64,000 nucleotides of DNA from a virus. The stretch is from the IMG/VR virus record IMGVR_UViG_3300027861_002706, positions 1-64,000 of that record. The stretch is one strand, 5' to 3'. The position numbers and the translations under genes were made by a program. Positions within the stretch are counted from its first letter, which is position 1; the number at the start of each line of letters is the position of its first letter. Shown here piece after piece: positions 44,289-54,389 of this stretch. The notes beneath the pieces were generated by a model. That model had not been told where the DNA came from, did not search any database, and worked only from the letters and a program-made list of their open reading frames with translations.

Positions 44289-45039
44289 CGTTTGGTGCTT
44301 TCACTGTTGTCCAATCACTATACTGTGAGACCTCGTCATATATAGTTCGATAGGCTACTCTAAAGCCATACTCAACGCCAGAATTAATAGTCCTTGTTAT
44401 AACACCATGCTTTCTGTCTAGTATATGTCCTGGAGAAGAGATACTACCGAACCTTGCCCAGCCAAACATTGTGCTAACGTTACCAGTATTCTCATGGTAC
44501 ATTTCAATCTTATAGTGATCTATGTATGGTATCAGACTTTTCCCAGATATAGAACTAAATGGTATACCTAGTTCTACGTAGTAGTAATTATTCTCCTTCA
44601 AAACAACCTTGCTAATGGGATGAGGTTTAGTATACATAAGGGAATTAACATCTATGCTACTAGTATTTCCATTTGCATCTACAAATGAGAATGAGAATGT
44701 GGATATATCTCCACTACTTATTATAGAAGTGTCGATCGTTAGATCGTAAACATAGTTAGTAGTCGCTGGACAAAATACTCCTATATCTGTACTAGATCCA
44801 ACAATTATATTAGGTGTGCCTATACATTCAATAGCGCATGTACATTCTTGCGGGAATAAACTTTCCTCGAAAGTGACCCTGATACCACCACCTTCATCGA
44901 ATCCTGTAAGAGAGAATGGTGGTGGAGTGTATCCTTTTTGAAAATTATAGATAGATCCATTGATACACTCCTCAGAGCATTCATCTAAGGGGAGCGGTAT
45001 TATTGGCATGTTTGTAGCACCGATATAAAAATCTGTCAT
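44272..45039 (-). CDS. Virion protein with FN3/Ig-like C-terminal domain
   Basis: VEYGFRVAYRTIYDEVSQYSDW resembles the terminal strands of FN3; Cys-rich N-terminus. Confidence 0.6.
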   Translation of the reverse strand: MTDFYIGATNMPIIPLPLDECSEECINGSIYNFQKGYTPPPFSLTGFDEGGGIRVTFEESLFPQECTCAIECIGTPNIIVGSSTDIGVFCPATTNYVYDLTIDTSIISSGDISTFSFSFVDANGNTSSIDVNSLMYTKPHPISKVVLKENNYYYVELGIPFSSISGKSLIPYIDHYKIEMYHENTGNVSTMFGWARFGSISSPGHILDRKHGVITRTINSGVEYGFRVAYRTIYDEVSQYSDWTTVKAPNDVYSS

Positions 45040-48000
45040 AGTCCTAGAATCTCCGCATCAGTACAATCGGGTGTAAAGTTTCCGTCTGGACCTATAATAC
45101 CCACTCTGAACACTATTTTGAACATAATCGACTGAGTGGAGAAGAATGACGAAAAGTGATTGCACATATCAGCTACATAGTTGTAGGTCCCGGGGATAGC
45201 AAAATCTCCATCTCCACTATGCTGAGTATCGGTTTTAAGTGGCACTAGTTCATGCCAGGATCCATCGGTTCCGTTAGTAGTATCTATGGAGAACGAGCAC
45301 AGATCGTAAAAGACTTGGTATCGTTTACCAGAGGGTGCAGTTGTAGGATTGCCTAGCGCATCGCACACGTATATATTTGTAGTTATATCTATCAGACAAG
45401 GGTTTGAAGGTCGCTGACATATCTGTACCGTCTCAACTTTCCATTCATTAGTTGGACAGACTACGCATTCTCCATCTCCAGGCGTGGGAACGTCTGTAGG
45501 GGGAGGTGGTGGAAGTCCTCCTGAGTCTCCGGGATCCGGCATATTCTCTGGTGGCTCATCTCCTGCCGGTATGATATCGCCATTCATGTTAGGTGGAGCA
45601 AGAGGGCAATGGAACACAGGCAGGCTAGGTAGAGTATAAGTGCTCACTGGTAACAACGCATTTGAGTCTAGGCTAAGATTCCCTGTGACAATAACATCGT
45701 TATACTGGCCTGCAGCACCTTGTGCATAGACAGTGATTCCGTCGCCTGGAAGACTATCAAACCCTAGATACGGAGTATCTCCTGCAACCACTTGATTTAT
45801 TTGTCCAGCAACACCTGTTTCATATCCACTGACAACAGGAAGTAACATATATCCGTCATGGTTTGTACTAACCATGGTATTGTAGTCATTCCTGTTGTTG
45901 TTAAGAACTACTAATCCATTGATAATAGGAGTCTGTATCGCTCCGCCCATATATCCAGACCCGTTAGCTATTCCGCTAAAAGTGAGGTCTGTTGGATGTG
46001 CTAAATTGCTTCCTACTATAGTATATGCATAAGCACAATGGACCTTGTCTTCTACATCGGTTACTTGTATGTCTATATCTGCCCCAAGTGTAGTTGAATA
46101 TTGGAGATAGCAATTATGTGCGCCAGGGAATATTTCTACTCCGTCTATAGCAAATCTACTGGAGGAAACTCCAGTAGAAGACCCATCTGTGACCGTGAGT
46201 TTAGTCTTAAGTCCTCTGCTCGAAGCTATCTGAGGTATCTTCACTACGAAGTCTACTGTATCTGCAGTAGCGACTAGCCTACGTTTTTCACCTGGTCTCG
46301 GGTATATTCTTGTAGCGTATCTCCATGCAGGATTATTCGTAAGGTCTGCCAGGCTACCTGGTAAGAATGGCGACTGTGAAGTGTATCCTTCTACAGTGTA
46401 TCCATCCGGAGCAATAACTACTGACTCATCAGATGAGACAAGCAGCTTATTATTCGAGCTAAATACCATTCCAATAACCCTAGCTGCTCCAGGGGCTAGT
46501 CCAGGCGGAATGATCGCATTCATAAATGAGTATGATGATGGACGAATGTTAATCTTATTATGGGCAAACCACCTAAAGGATTGATCTGAAGTTAAGATAC
46601 CTAATATGACCAAGCACCCGTGCTCTGTACGATGCTTGGATCTATTCACGATCCCAAGACTAGCTGGTGTGACTAGGTTGGTATCAACGATAGATGAATC
46701 GTTCACAGTAGTATAGGCCTTTAGCGCTACACTTTTATTTACTATATCGAATATGCCATTAAGTACTTCTTCGGACTCAAAGTTCAGGAAGGGCCCTACC
46801 CCATAGAAAACTCCTGCACCACCGTTATATATAACATTAGAGTCACCGACTGTATTGAAATCTCCAGAGACTGGTATCTCGTAGTCCTGGTTAGCATTAG
46901 TCGGAGATAGCGGCTCGGTAGATCTTCTGAAAAAGTTCTTTGTTTTGAACTTGTCGGAACTAACAAGTCTATTGACTAAGAATAGCTCCATAGCAGATGT
47001 GGGAGATGATGATGCAATTCCGTCTTTTGAGCTGGCTGGCTTCAGAAGCCTGCCGTGGACATCTGTCTTGACCGGTGCCTTGACGGCATGTTTGGCCAGT
47101 AACTCTATTATATTTTTACCTGGAGTTTTATAGGTATATGCATCTAAGTTTAATGAGCCCGCCCCAGACAATTCACTTGCGTTAAGCAGAGTATATGTGG
47201 GGTTAGCTTTTCCATCAGTTGTTATTAAAGATGAGCCTAGTGCTCTGCTCGCTACTTTTGTTGTCAGATATTCAGTTCTAGATCCGACTATATCGCTAAA
47301 GGCTCCTTGCTTGAATATTTGATTCGAAAGTACGGTTGTTGTTCCAGGCTGATTTGGGGTATTCTCGATAGCTGACCGAGTGACCATTCCTGGTAGATTA
47401 AGCAGCCCTCCAGCCAGGGAAGCACGGCCTCTTTCCGCTTCCCTGTACTCTGCTATCCTGGTTAATGGCTTCTTAGAGGACAGAATGTCTCGTGAATTTG
47501 GATTTATTCCACTAGGTCTTCTCTTATCTCCCTGAGATGGACCTTTCTCTGGTTTGAATTTGGTATTCATTCGGGTTTTTCGTGCGTATCTGGCTCCGGG
47601 TACTGCACTATTCGGTGGCATATCTGCCGCAGGAGTATCGGTTGAACTATCCGACCCTCCTGGGATAGAAGAATCGTTACCTTCATCCGCAGTGCCTCCA
47701 GAGGAGCTTGGGGGCCCTCCAGACTCAGCGGACGAGTCTGCCTCTGTACCAGCCCCACCTCCCGCTGCAGAGTCTCCACCGCCTCCTGGGGCAGTCACCG
47801 GAGGAGGAGGAGGCCAAGTAGTGTTAGCAGGCAGCTCGTTCTCAGCGGTGTTAGGCATATCAAAAGGTATACCCATAAGGGATATACAGTAGTTAAAGTT
47901 GTTCAATAGAAATGCGCTTTGATCAGCTGAAGCTTGATCGCCAGCAGTCATTGTCTCATGGGTAAATGGTCCAATAATATCAACTCCGTAGTCCCAAGCA

Positions 48001-48494
48001 ATTCCTACCGTTATTTGTTCATTCTCAGGTAAGACTAGTGGAAATACGCTATTGATATCTACCATTGTCATTAAGCCAGTTTCGCCCTGTCCAGGTAAGT
48101 ATGGCAGATTATGGGTATATGTAAAACTTGTGTTTTGCATATCCCATATTCCTGGGCAGGTCATTAACAATTCGAATATGATTACATTTCTGGTTGTGAG
48201 CCAGTAAGTAAAGTCTCCGACAGGGGTATAGTCTGATTCTATATAAGTTAATGCTGTAGCAAGAAAAATCTCAAGATCGGCTGGATTTAACCACACCCAA
48301 TCGCCTGTTCCTGTAGTTCCATCAGGATTATTTGCTGGTAAAGATGCTGTACCTGATGGCATTTCTGGCCAATGCACATGCATAGCGGGGTATGATACGC
48401 CTTCAACAGTATGCCATCCTATAGGCAATCCCTCTTGAAACTGGAGGCAAGCATTGACTACTTGAACGCAGGGGACAGCAATTCCGTCTGGCAT
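45036..48494 (-). CDS. 1152-aa virion protein with Pro/Gly/Ser-rich linkers and Cys-rich C-terminus
   Basis: PPPPPVTAPGGGG and PPPPPTDVPTP linkers, a basic central segment, and six Cys in the C-terminal ~140 aa. Confidence 0.7.
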   Translation of the reverse strand: MPDGIAVPCVQVVNACLQFQEGLPIGWHTVEGVSYPAMHVHWPEMPSGTASLPANNPDGTTGTGDWVWLNPADLEIFLATALTYIESDYTPVGDFTYWLTTRNVIIFELLMTCPGIWDMQNTSFTYTHNLPYLPGQGETGLMTMVDINSVFPLVLPENEQITVGIAWDYGVDIIGPFTHETMTAGDQASADQSAFLLNNFNYCISLMGIPFDMPNTAENELPANTTWPPPPPVTAPGGGGDSAAGGGAGTEADSSAESGGPPSSSGGTADEGNDSSIPGGSDSSTDTPAADMPPNSAVPGARYARKTRMNTKFKPEKGPSQGDKRRPSGINPNSRDILSSKKPLTRIAEYREAERGRASLAGGLLNLPGMVTRSAIENTPNQPGTTTVLSNQIFKQGAFSDIVGSRTEYLTTKVASRALGSSLITTDGKANPTYTLLNASELSGAGSLNLDAYTYKTPGKNIIELLAKHAVKAPVKTDVHGRLLKPASSKDGIASSSPTSAMELFLVNRLVSSDKFKTKNFFRRSTEPLSPTNANQDYEIPVSGDFNTVGDSNVIYNGGAGVFYGVGPFLNFESEEVLNGIFDIVNKSVALKAYTTVNDSSIVDTNLVTPASLGIVNRSKHRTEHGCLVILGILTSDQSFRWFAHNKINIRPSSYSFMNAIIPPGLAPGAARVIGMVFSSNNKLLVSSDESVVIAPDGYTVEGYTSQSPFLPGSLADLTNNPAWRYATRIYPRPGEKRRLVATADTVDFVVKIPQIASSRGLKTKLTVTDGSSTGVSSSRFAIDGVEIFPGAHNCYLQYSTTLGADIDIQVTDVEDKVHCAYAYTIVGSNLAHPTDLTFSGIANGSGYMGGAIQTPIINGLVVLNNNRNDYNTMVSTNHDGYMLLPVVSGYETGVAGQINQVVAGDTPYLGFDSLPGDGITVYAQGAAGQYNDVIVTGNLSLDSNALLPVSTYTLPSLPVFHCPLAPPNMNGDIIPAGDEPPENMPDPGDSGGLPPPPPTDVPTPGDGECVVCPTNEWKVETVQICQRPSNPCLIDITTNIYVCDALGNPTTAPSGKRYQVFYDLCSFSIDTTNGTDGSWHELVPLKTDTQHSGDGDFAIPGTYNYVADMCNHFSSFFSTQSIMFKIVFRVGIIGPDGNFTPDCTDAEILGL

Positions 48495-48509
48495 ACTACT
48501 CTCCTGCTA

Positions 48510-51500
48510 TTAAACCAATGACCACGCCACTGTGTTCTTGAATGGGTTATGGGCTACTACCTTCATTGATAAATGTTTGGCCTGTATGCCGGCGACTCTA
48601 TCTGGTGCAGCAGCTGTTATTTTTAAGTCTATTTCTGCGTCGTAATCAACTATTATATCTCCAGTTATCTGATCAAGCACCGTTTTATCTATATTGATAG
48701 CATAGTGTTGATCAACTGTGACCCAGGCTAATCTTCTATTATACGTGACTTCTATTGGTTGATCCTGATTCCCCGAGATAAGGATCTGACCTTTTGTATC
48801 ATCATATATAAATTCGCCATGTCCAGGTTTGTCTTGATAGCTTAAAGCTAGTACTCTGTCAAAGACTGACCCAGTAGACATTTTACACACGATGCTGCCT
48901 ATCACCGCATAGTCTCCTACATCGTATTTTGTAATACCATTAATAACTGAGAGAGGCGCAATTGTTCGTGTATAATTGCTAGAAGACTCTAGGCTATATA
49001 CAGTGAGATTCTGGTCTCTTACTACTATATTGCCATGATTGATATTAGCTATTTTATAGTCTACAGGTAGTTTGCCAAAGGTCTTGTCCATAGCAGTTCC
49101 TGAGGGGAACGTGGTTGTCTGAGACGCTAGAGGTTTATTCCCCCTGTATTGTATATCTGAAATACTAGGGGCTTCTGTAAAAAAGTTAACCGTTCCATTC
49201 GCGTCAGATTCCACCTCTATCAGCTGCCCATACTTATCTGGGAAGCCTAGCTCTCTATGTAGCAGTGAACCCGGGTATAGTCCTTTTGGTTCTATTAGCT
49301 CAAGGAATATTCGTTTAAACGCATATGGATTATTCTTATCATCTAGGATACGGATGCTAACAAACTCTGGTCCACTACCTTGGACGCAGAGTTGTGCACT
49401 AGACGGAGCCTCTATCTTAGTTGGTCCAGGAACATCAAGATCCCATGTGATATGATTATCGATATACGTTCCTGAGCTATGGTAATGAGTTGTCTTAGAG
49501 AACTTATTTTTACCAGAAGTTTTAGCCCATGGGAGATATTTGATTCTTCCCGCTTGCCAAAACCAGTCAGTTAGTATAGTAGAGTTATACGGTGCTGCGG
49601 CATCAAAATCTGAAGCAGGAACTGGTCCAATCTGGAGGAATCCATTTGTTGAAGAATTTCTGAGAGGGGAGAGTGTGAGATCCTTGACTTCATAGAAGCC
49701 AGAGTTTGTAGACTCATACTCCACAGTCATATCAGACATGTTTGGTATACGGTTATATCGAGTAGGCTCAATTCCCTTTTCAAACTGTAGACAGTCTACT
49801 CCCATAGGATTACCGGTTTCAGAGTATATCCTGAATTGTATTTTTCTTGTATTAGTATCTATCGGTATTAGATCTGTATCTATCTTTGACAATGTAGTAG
49901 TATCTGTTGGTGCAGTAGTCACATAAGATGCTACCGGATATGATTCTCCTGAGTTCCCTATTCCTATACCAAGCCTTTGCCATGGAGAGGCAGTAGACGC
50001 AAGCGACATATCTGAAGAAATCTCATATGAGTATCCACTATTATGCTTGAGCAGAACATCATTTCCATCATATGTCAAGAAATCGAAGTACATCTTTCCC
50101 GTCTCATTGGGTGCTGCAGTATACAGTGAGAAGAAATAGTTCTGGTCAGGATCTATATCGACTACTTCTTGAGCGACATAATGGTCCGAGTAGTTACCTG
50201 TTGGAACATCGAAGACCAGCATGTTCTCACCCATCAAAGGTCTCAACGCGCTGAACCCACTGACCTGGACCATTGACCTGGAAGATATTCTTCCATCTGT
50301 TTTAAGCATATAGTCGAACGGAACTTCCGCTCCAACATGCATAAAGGTCGTAGCTCCCAAAGTTCTTGCAACAAACTGTTCAGTTATATTCAAGTTAATA
50401 GGGTCATTAACTGTAGTAGAGTATACCCCGCCATTAGACTGATGTGCATAGGCTGGATCATCTTGAACAGTAGAGAACGGATTAGCGACGTATACAAAAT
50501 CTGATGTATCAATGTTATAATCAACTATAAGATCGGATACTATATTGCCGTATTCGAACTGTGGATTAAGCGCGAGGTTAGAGTCCTGATGAAAGTTTAG
50601 CTTTACACCTTCGGGAGACATTGCAGTGTTAAATTCATAAGGAAGTAGACTATTAGAATCTAATAATCTAATTGTATCATCGGTTATAACGATAGGCGCA
50701 GCATCCTTAGGATTTTCTGGGAAGATGTATCGTTTTATACCGTCCCTGATCCTGAATCTATACATAACATCTCGTAGCGTAAATTTCTCATGGTCACTAG
50801 ACCAGAGTCTAACTTTGCCATGTATCGCTATAACGTCAGCTTCCGATGTTATATCTAGGCCTTTATGTTTGAGTACAAATTTATCCCCAAAAATCTCAAA
50901 TGAACTACTAGTTAATACTTGCTTGCCGGAGACGTACAGTACGGGAGAACGTATCTCTCTAGGCATAGTGAATACAGTCTGCCTAATGGCATCCAGAGTA
51001 TATGCTTTCTTGTCAGCATAGAGGTAGTATGGTTTTTCTCTTATAAAGAAGAACCCAGACTTTACTTCTGGCATCCAACAGCTGACGGAAGATTGATACT
51101 GTTCTGTGACAGCATCTATGTGAGAAAGAACTCCACCGATCACACATTCTACATTATCTATATTCTGTAGATCGGGGTCACTTTCCACAGTCGCACCAAA
51201 GAAACCTCCCGCTACGGCCATTTCATTGGCTCCAATAGTAGGTGCAGATCCACGAGAGTTGCCTAATACATCTGAGCAGAGAAGAGAGTCATCTATATAA
51301 TCATCTAGCTCGCTAGCGGGATCTCCACATACCTCCTTACCCATAGCTATGCAGGGTGAAGAGGCAAGCATGTTCAAGTCTATGCTCGAATTAGCTATGT
51401 CAGTGTTTTGTACTATGAATACAGGGTCTTGCGAGATAGAGTAGCTATCGCTATCTACGTTATTGCTTGTTACATTTCTCCAGTCAGTCAGAGTTTCTAC

Positions 51501-52286
51501 CAGAGTAACCGCAATTGAACCATCCGATAGCTCTTCTCTGATCTTAGCTACGTTACCGTTAAGCGAATATAGGTCATTAAAGTTTGACTGCAGATTAGTC
51601 AGGTCCCGCTGATTTATCATCAGTGTGTTCCCTGCAATAGTAAACAATAAGTTATTGAATAAGGTAGCCTTGCCGTGATCAAGAACACCTTGGCCCTGAT
51701 CCTTTTGTAGCTCGATATAGACACAAGTATCTGTGCTAGAAGAGGCCTGCTGGTCGTTGAACACCGTATTATACACGAGTGCTACATCTTTGACTAGAGT
51801 AGTTACTATACCATACTTAGCGTTAAAGACTATATTGTTTAGGATCTGTGCTTGGTCAGATTGATAAATCCATATGCCTACATTCTCACTATCTAGGACT
51901 ATATTTTTTTCTATGATTAGATTGTGGCAATTAGGTCCAGTAGAAATACCTTTTTGGAATCCGCGGAAGTACATCCTTCTAATAGTCACATAGCTGGTAC
52001 CTGATCCGATAGAACATCCATTAATAAATGATCCAGTAATAGCTTGAGTTTTTAGTGCATCAATAATTGGCAGGATGTTATTAGCTGCGCCTATAACTAA
52101 TCTATTGATAGCTGTTGGCTTAAGTATATTCTCTGGTATAAAAAATCCAGCGTATATTCCATCTTCTGAAATAATAATGTTATGTTCTTCAGTAAATTCA
52201 ACGGATCCTTGGTCAAAGATTAATTGACTGATGGCATCTTGGACTTCTGTATATAGCTGATTCGGTCCTACAAAATAATTGGCCAT
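48510..52286 (-). CDS. Virion protein with right-handed beta-helix and CBM-like domain
   Basis: Parallel beta-helix repeats (NLIIEKNIVLDSENVGIWIY, ILNNIVFNAKYGI, LFNNLLF), SSPCIAMG...PTIGANE, DCLQFEKGIEPTRY. Confidence 0.75.
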   Translation of the reverse strand: MANYFVGPNQLYTEVQDAISQLIFDQGSVEFTEEHNIIISEDGIYAGFFIPENILKPTAINRLVIGAANNILPIIDALKTQAITGSFINGCSIGSGTSYVTIRRMYFRGFQKGISTGPNCHNLIIEKNIVLDSENVGIWIYQSDQAQILNNIVFNAKYGIVTTLVKDVALVYNTVFNDQQASSSTDTCVYIELQKDQGQGVLDHGKATLFNNLLFTIAGNTLMINQRDLTNLQSNFNDLYSLNGNVAKIREELSDGSIAVTLVETLTDWRNVTSNNVDSDSYSISQDPVFIVQNTDIANSSIDLNMLASSPCIAMGKEVCGDPASELDDYIDDSLLCSDVLGNSRGSAPTIGANEMAVAGGFFGATVESDPDLQNIDNVECVIGGVLSHIDAVTEQYQSSVSCWMPEVKSGFFFIREKPYYLYADKKAYTLDAIRQTVFTMPREIRSPVLYVSGKQVLTSSSFEIFGDKFVLKHKGLDITSEADVIAIHGKVRLWSSDHEKFTLRDVMYRFRIRDGIKRYIFPENPKDAAPIVITDDTIRLLDSNSLLPYEFNTAMSPEGVKLNFHQDSNLALNPQFEYGNIVSDLIVDYNIDTSDFVYVANPFSTVQDDPAYAHQSNGGVYSTTVNDPINLNITEQFVARTLGATTFMHVGAEVPFDYMLKTDGRISSRSMVQVSGFSALRPLMGENMLVFDVPTGNYSDHYVAQEVVDIDPDQNYFFSLYTAAPNETGKMYFDFLTYDGNDVLLKHNSGYSYEISSDMSLASTASPWQRLGIGIGNSGESYPVASYVTTAPTDTTTLSKIDTDLIPIDTNTRKIQFRIYSETGNPMGVDCLQFEKGIEPTRYNRIPNMSDMTVEYESTNSGFYEVKDLTLSPLRNSSTNGFLQIGPVPASDFDAAAPYNSTILTDWFWQAGRIKYLPWAKTSGKNKFSKTTHYHSSGTYIDNHITWDLDVPGPTKIEAPSSAQLCVQGSGPEFVSIRILDDKNNPYAFKRIFLELIEPKGLYPGSLLHRELGFPDKYGQLIEVESDANGTVNFFTEAPSISDIQYRGNKPLASQTTTFPSGTAMDKTFGKLPVDYKIANINHGNIVVRDQNLTVYSLESSSNYTRTIAPLSVINGITKYDVGDYAVIGSIVCKMSTGSVFDRVLALSYQDKPGHGEFIYDDTKGQILISGNQDQPIEVTYNRRLAWVTVDQHYAINIDKTVLDQITGDIIVDYDAEIDLKITAAAPDRVAGIQAKHLSMKVVAHNPFKNTVAWSLV

Positions 52287-54388
52287 TAGTCTGTCACAAT
52301 TCCAGCAGTGTTCCCACCTGCGCTAGAAGAAGGAGCACTAGAGGCAGTCTGGGAAATGATTCGGGTAGTTTGAAGCGGGGCTGTCACTGGGATAACTCGA
52401 GTAGACTTTTCTCTAACAGTCACGAGCAAGTCCGTGTTCGCACCTATGCCGCTTTTGAGCTGATCTGGATCTACTCCAATGTAGTTGAGCTCTGAGCCGT
52501 CAATAATGTTAGAGTAGTTATAGGCGTATGCTTCGTTGCTGCTTAGTGGAGTTATAAACCCAGAGTTCTGTTGAGCCCAATATCCATACGTAAAGTCGTA
52601 GTTCGTTGGAAGAGATGTTCTACCGATCGCTTCATTCTTGTCTGTTTGCCATACACTTCTATCTGCTACTGCAAGGCCCCACTGTATTTTGAACTTGGCA
52701 GATAGGTTATCTGCATAGGTGTTTATCTTAGTGCCAAAGTAATTGTTGTGCTGGTTGACATACTGGCCGTAGAAGCCTTCATCTTGAAGTGCTTCTATAT
52801 TACAGTTAGCCCATTTAATAGGCAATCCAGTCACTTCATTCCCACCATTGTCTAAGTAGTATCTATCACTAGCAGTAGTGGGAGGCATCTTCTGCAGATA
52901 GTCTATTGGAGATCCGGTATCAACAGTAGATCCTGTTGTTACGGAGAATAGAAGTGTGTTATTTATCGCCATATTTGTTATAAAATCAGCAGCATCTTTA
53001 AATGTTTTTCCTTTTTTAGCTAGAGACTCTGCATATGAATATGATATGAATACAGGGTTTTCTAGTAGAGAGTTATTTTTAAAGTGTATCTTGTCTTTTG
53101 TAGAGTACCAATTATTCTTATTTGGTATTTCATTACCTACAGGGGATTCTACTCTTATAACAGCCGAGGTAGGTGTCTTTTTTAATTCAATAGTCCAATC
53201 AAATGGATCTATCTTGTGCCGCTCGTGTTTTACATAGAACAAATTACAAAAGATCTGTAACTTGTCGGAAGATATAGCTATGTTAGCTATGCTGTTTGGA
53301 TGATCTTTGGCAAAGTTTGCGTGCGGAATCAAAGTTAACGCCGCATCATCAAAGACAATATCCAGCTCCCTTATCACAGAGTTGAGTAATGGGAGATAGT
53401 TTGTACCTCCCCTATGCTTATAAACATCGAAAAGTCTACGCTTGTAATTTATATTGTCTTCTTTTGGTATTCTTTCTAGTCCCAGCAAGTAGCCAAATTT
53501 ATCGAATACATTATAAAATTGATGATATCTTTGTTCGGACGTGTTTATATCTATATGTATTATTTTATATCTGGAATAGGTTCCTTTCTTATCTATTGCT
53601 CTGACTAATAGCTTTTCTTTTATGTTATGGATTGGTACTTCCGCGGACCATGCGGTAGAACTAAGTATAGTCGTATTTCTAGTGGACCCATTTATCTCTA
53701 TACTAGAGATATCTGGAGCTTTGCTACCAGCGATCGTAGTTGTTATACCATTGACCTTTTGATCGTATCTATCTATGCTCCATGAATAATCGAATATGAT
53801 TGTCTTTGGTTCAAAGAACTGTACCTGAGAAGGGAATCCTCTAGATCCATTCTCCGCTACAGGTATGACTCGCCATAGATATTTATGATATTCGGCATTA
53901 ACTAGTTCAATCATATCTATAAGATCTATAGTATATGAGAGCTTTTGCTTTAGTGGCGTTTCGTAGTCTATATCAGATACAACGTTAGATCCTACAACGA
54001 GATTAGTAAACTGCTTCAAGAGAGGATTCGACTTGACCTGCTGGTCAAGTATAAATGGCTCAAAGTTATCATCTAAATTTTCTTTGCCGAGATCTGGAGT
54101 TATCTCAAGTATATAACTAGATGGCATTTCTGCCTCGATAGGAACACCTTCATATCCAGTAAGATCAACTGCTCCAGTGTAGACAACTCCAGTAGTAGTC
54201 TCTATCATATCGGCAAATGAACTTTGCCAGTAATATGTTAAGTCGCTATAGGATCTTGTTGCTGAGTTATAGTCGGCTGGAACTTCTGGTCTAGGTAGCA
54301 CTTGGCTACCAACGCCAACATTGATGGCACCGAAAGGCTGAGTGAATCCGTCAAAAGGGGCTCCTTCTGGTACTCCGGTATGTGCCAT
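52286..54388 (-). CDS. Baseplate wedge-like protein (P2 gpI/T4 gp7-type motif)
   Basis: FDKFGYLLGLERIPKEDNINYKRRL...GGTNY..LLNSVIREL; N-terminal Ig-like segments. Confidence 0.6.
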   Translation of the reverse strand: MAHTGVPEGAPFDGFTQPFGAINVGVGSQVLPRPEVPADYNSATRSYSDLTYYWQSSFADMIETTTGVVYTGAVDLTGYEGVPIEAEMPSSYILEITPDLGKENLDDNFEPFILDQQVKSNPLLKQFTNLVVGSNVVSDIDYETPLKQKLSYTIDLIDMIELVNAEYHKYLWRVIPVAENGSRGFPSQVQFFEPKTIIFDYSWSIDRYDQKVNGITTTIAGSKAPDISSIEINGSTRNTTILSSTAWSAEVPIHNIKEKLLVRAIDKKGTYSRYKIIHIDINTSEQRYHQFYNVFDKFGYLLGLERIPKEDNINYKRRLFDVYKHRGGTNYLPLLNSVIRELDIVFDDAALTLIPHANFAKDHPNSIANIAISSDKLQIFCNLFYVKHERHKIDPFDWTIELKKTPTSAVIRVESPVGNEIPNKNNWYSTKDKIHFKNNSLLENPVFISYSYAESLAKKGKTFKDAADFITNMAINNTLLFSVTTGSTVDTGSPIDYLQKMPPTTASDRYYLDNGGNEVTGLPIKWANCNIEALQDEGFYGQYVNQHNNYFGTKINTYADNLSAKFKIQWGLAVADRSVWQTDKNEAIGRTSLPTNYDFTYGYWAQQNSGFITPLSSNEAYAYNYSNIIDGSELNYIGVDPDQLKSGIGANTDLLVTVREKSTRVIPVTAPLQTTRIISQTASSAPSSSAGGNTAGIVTD

Positions 54389-54389
54389 C

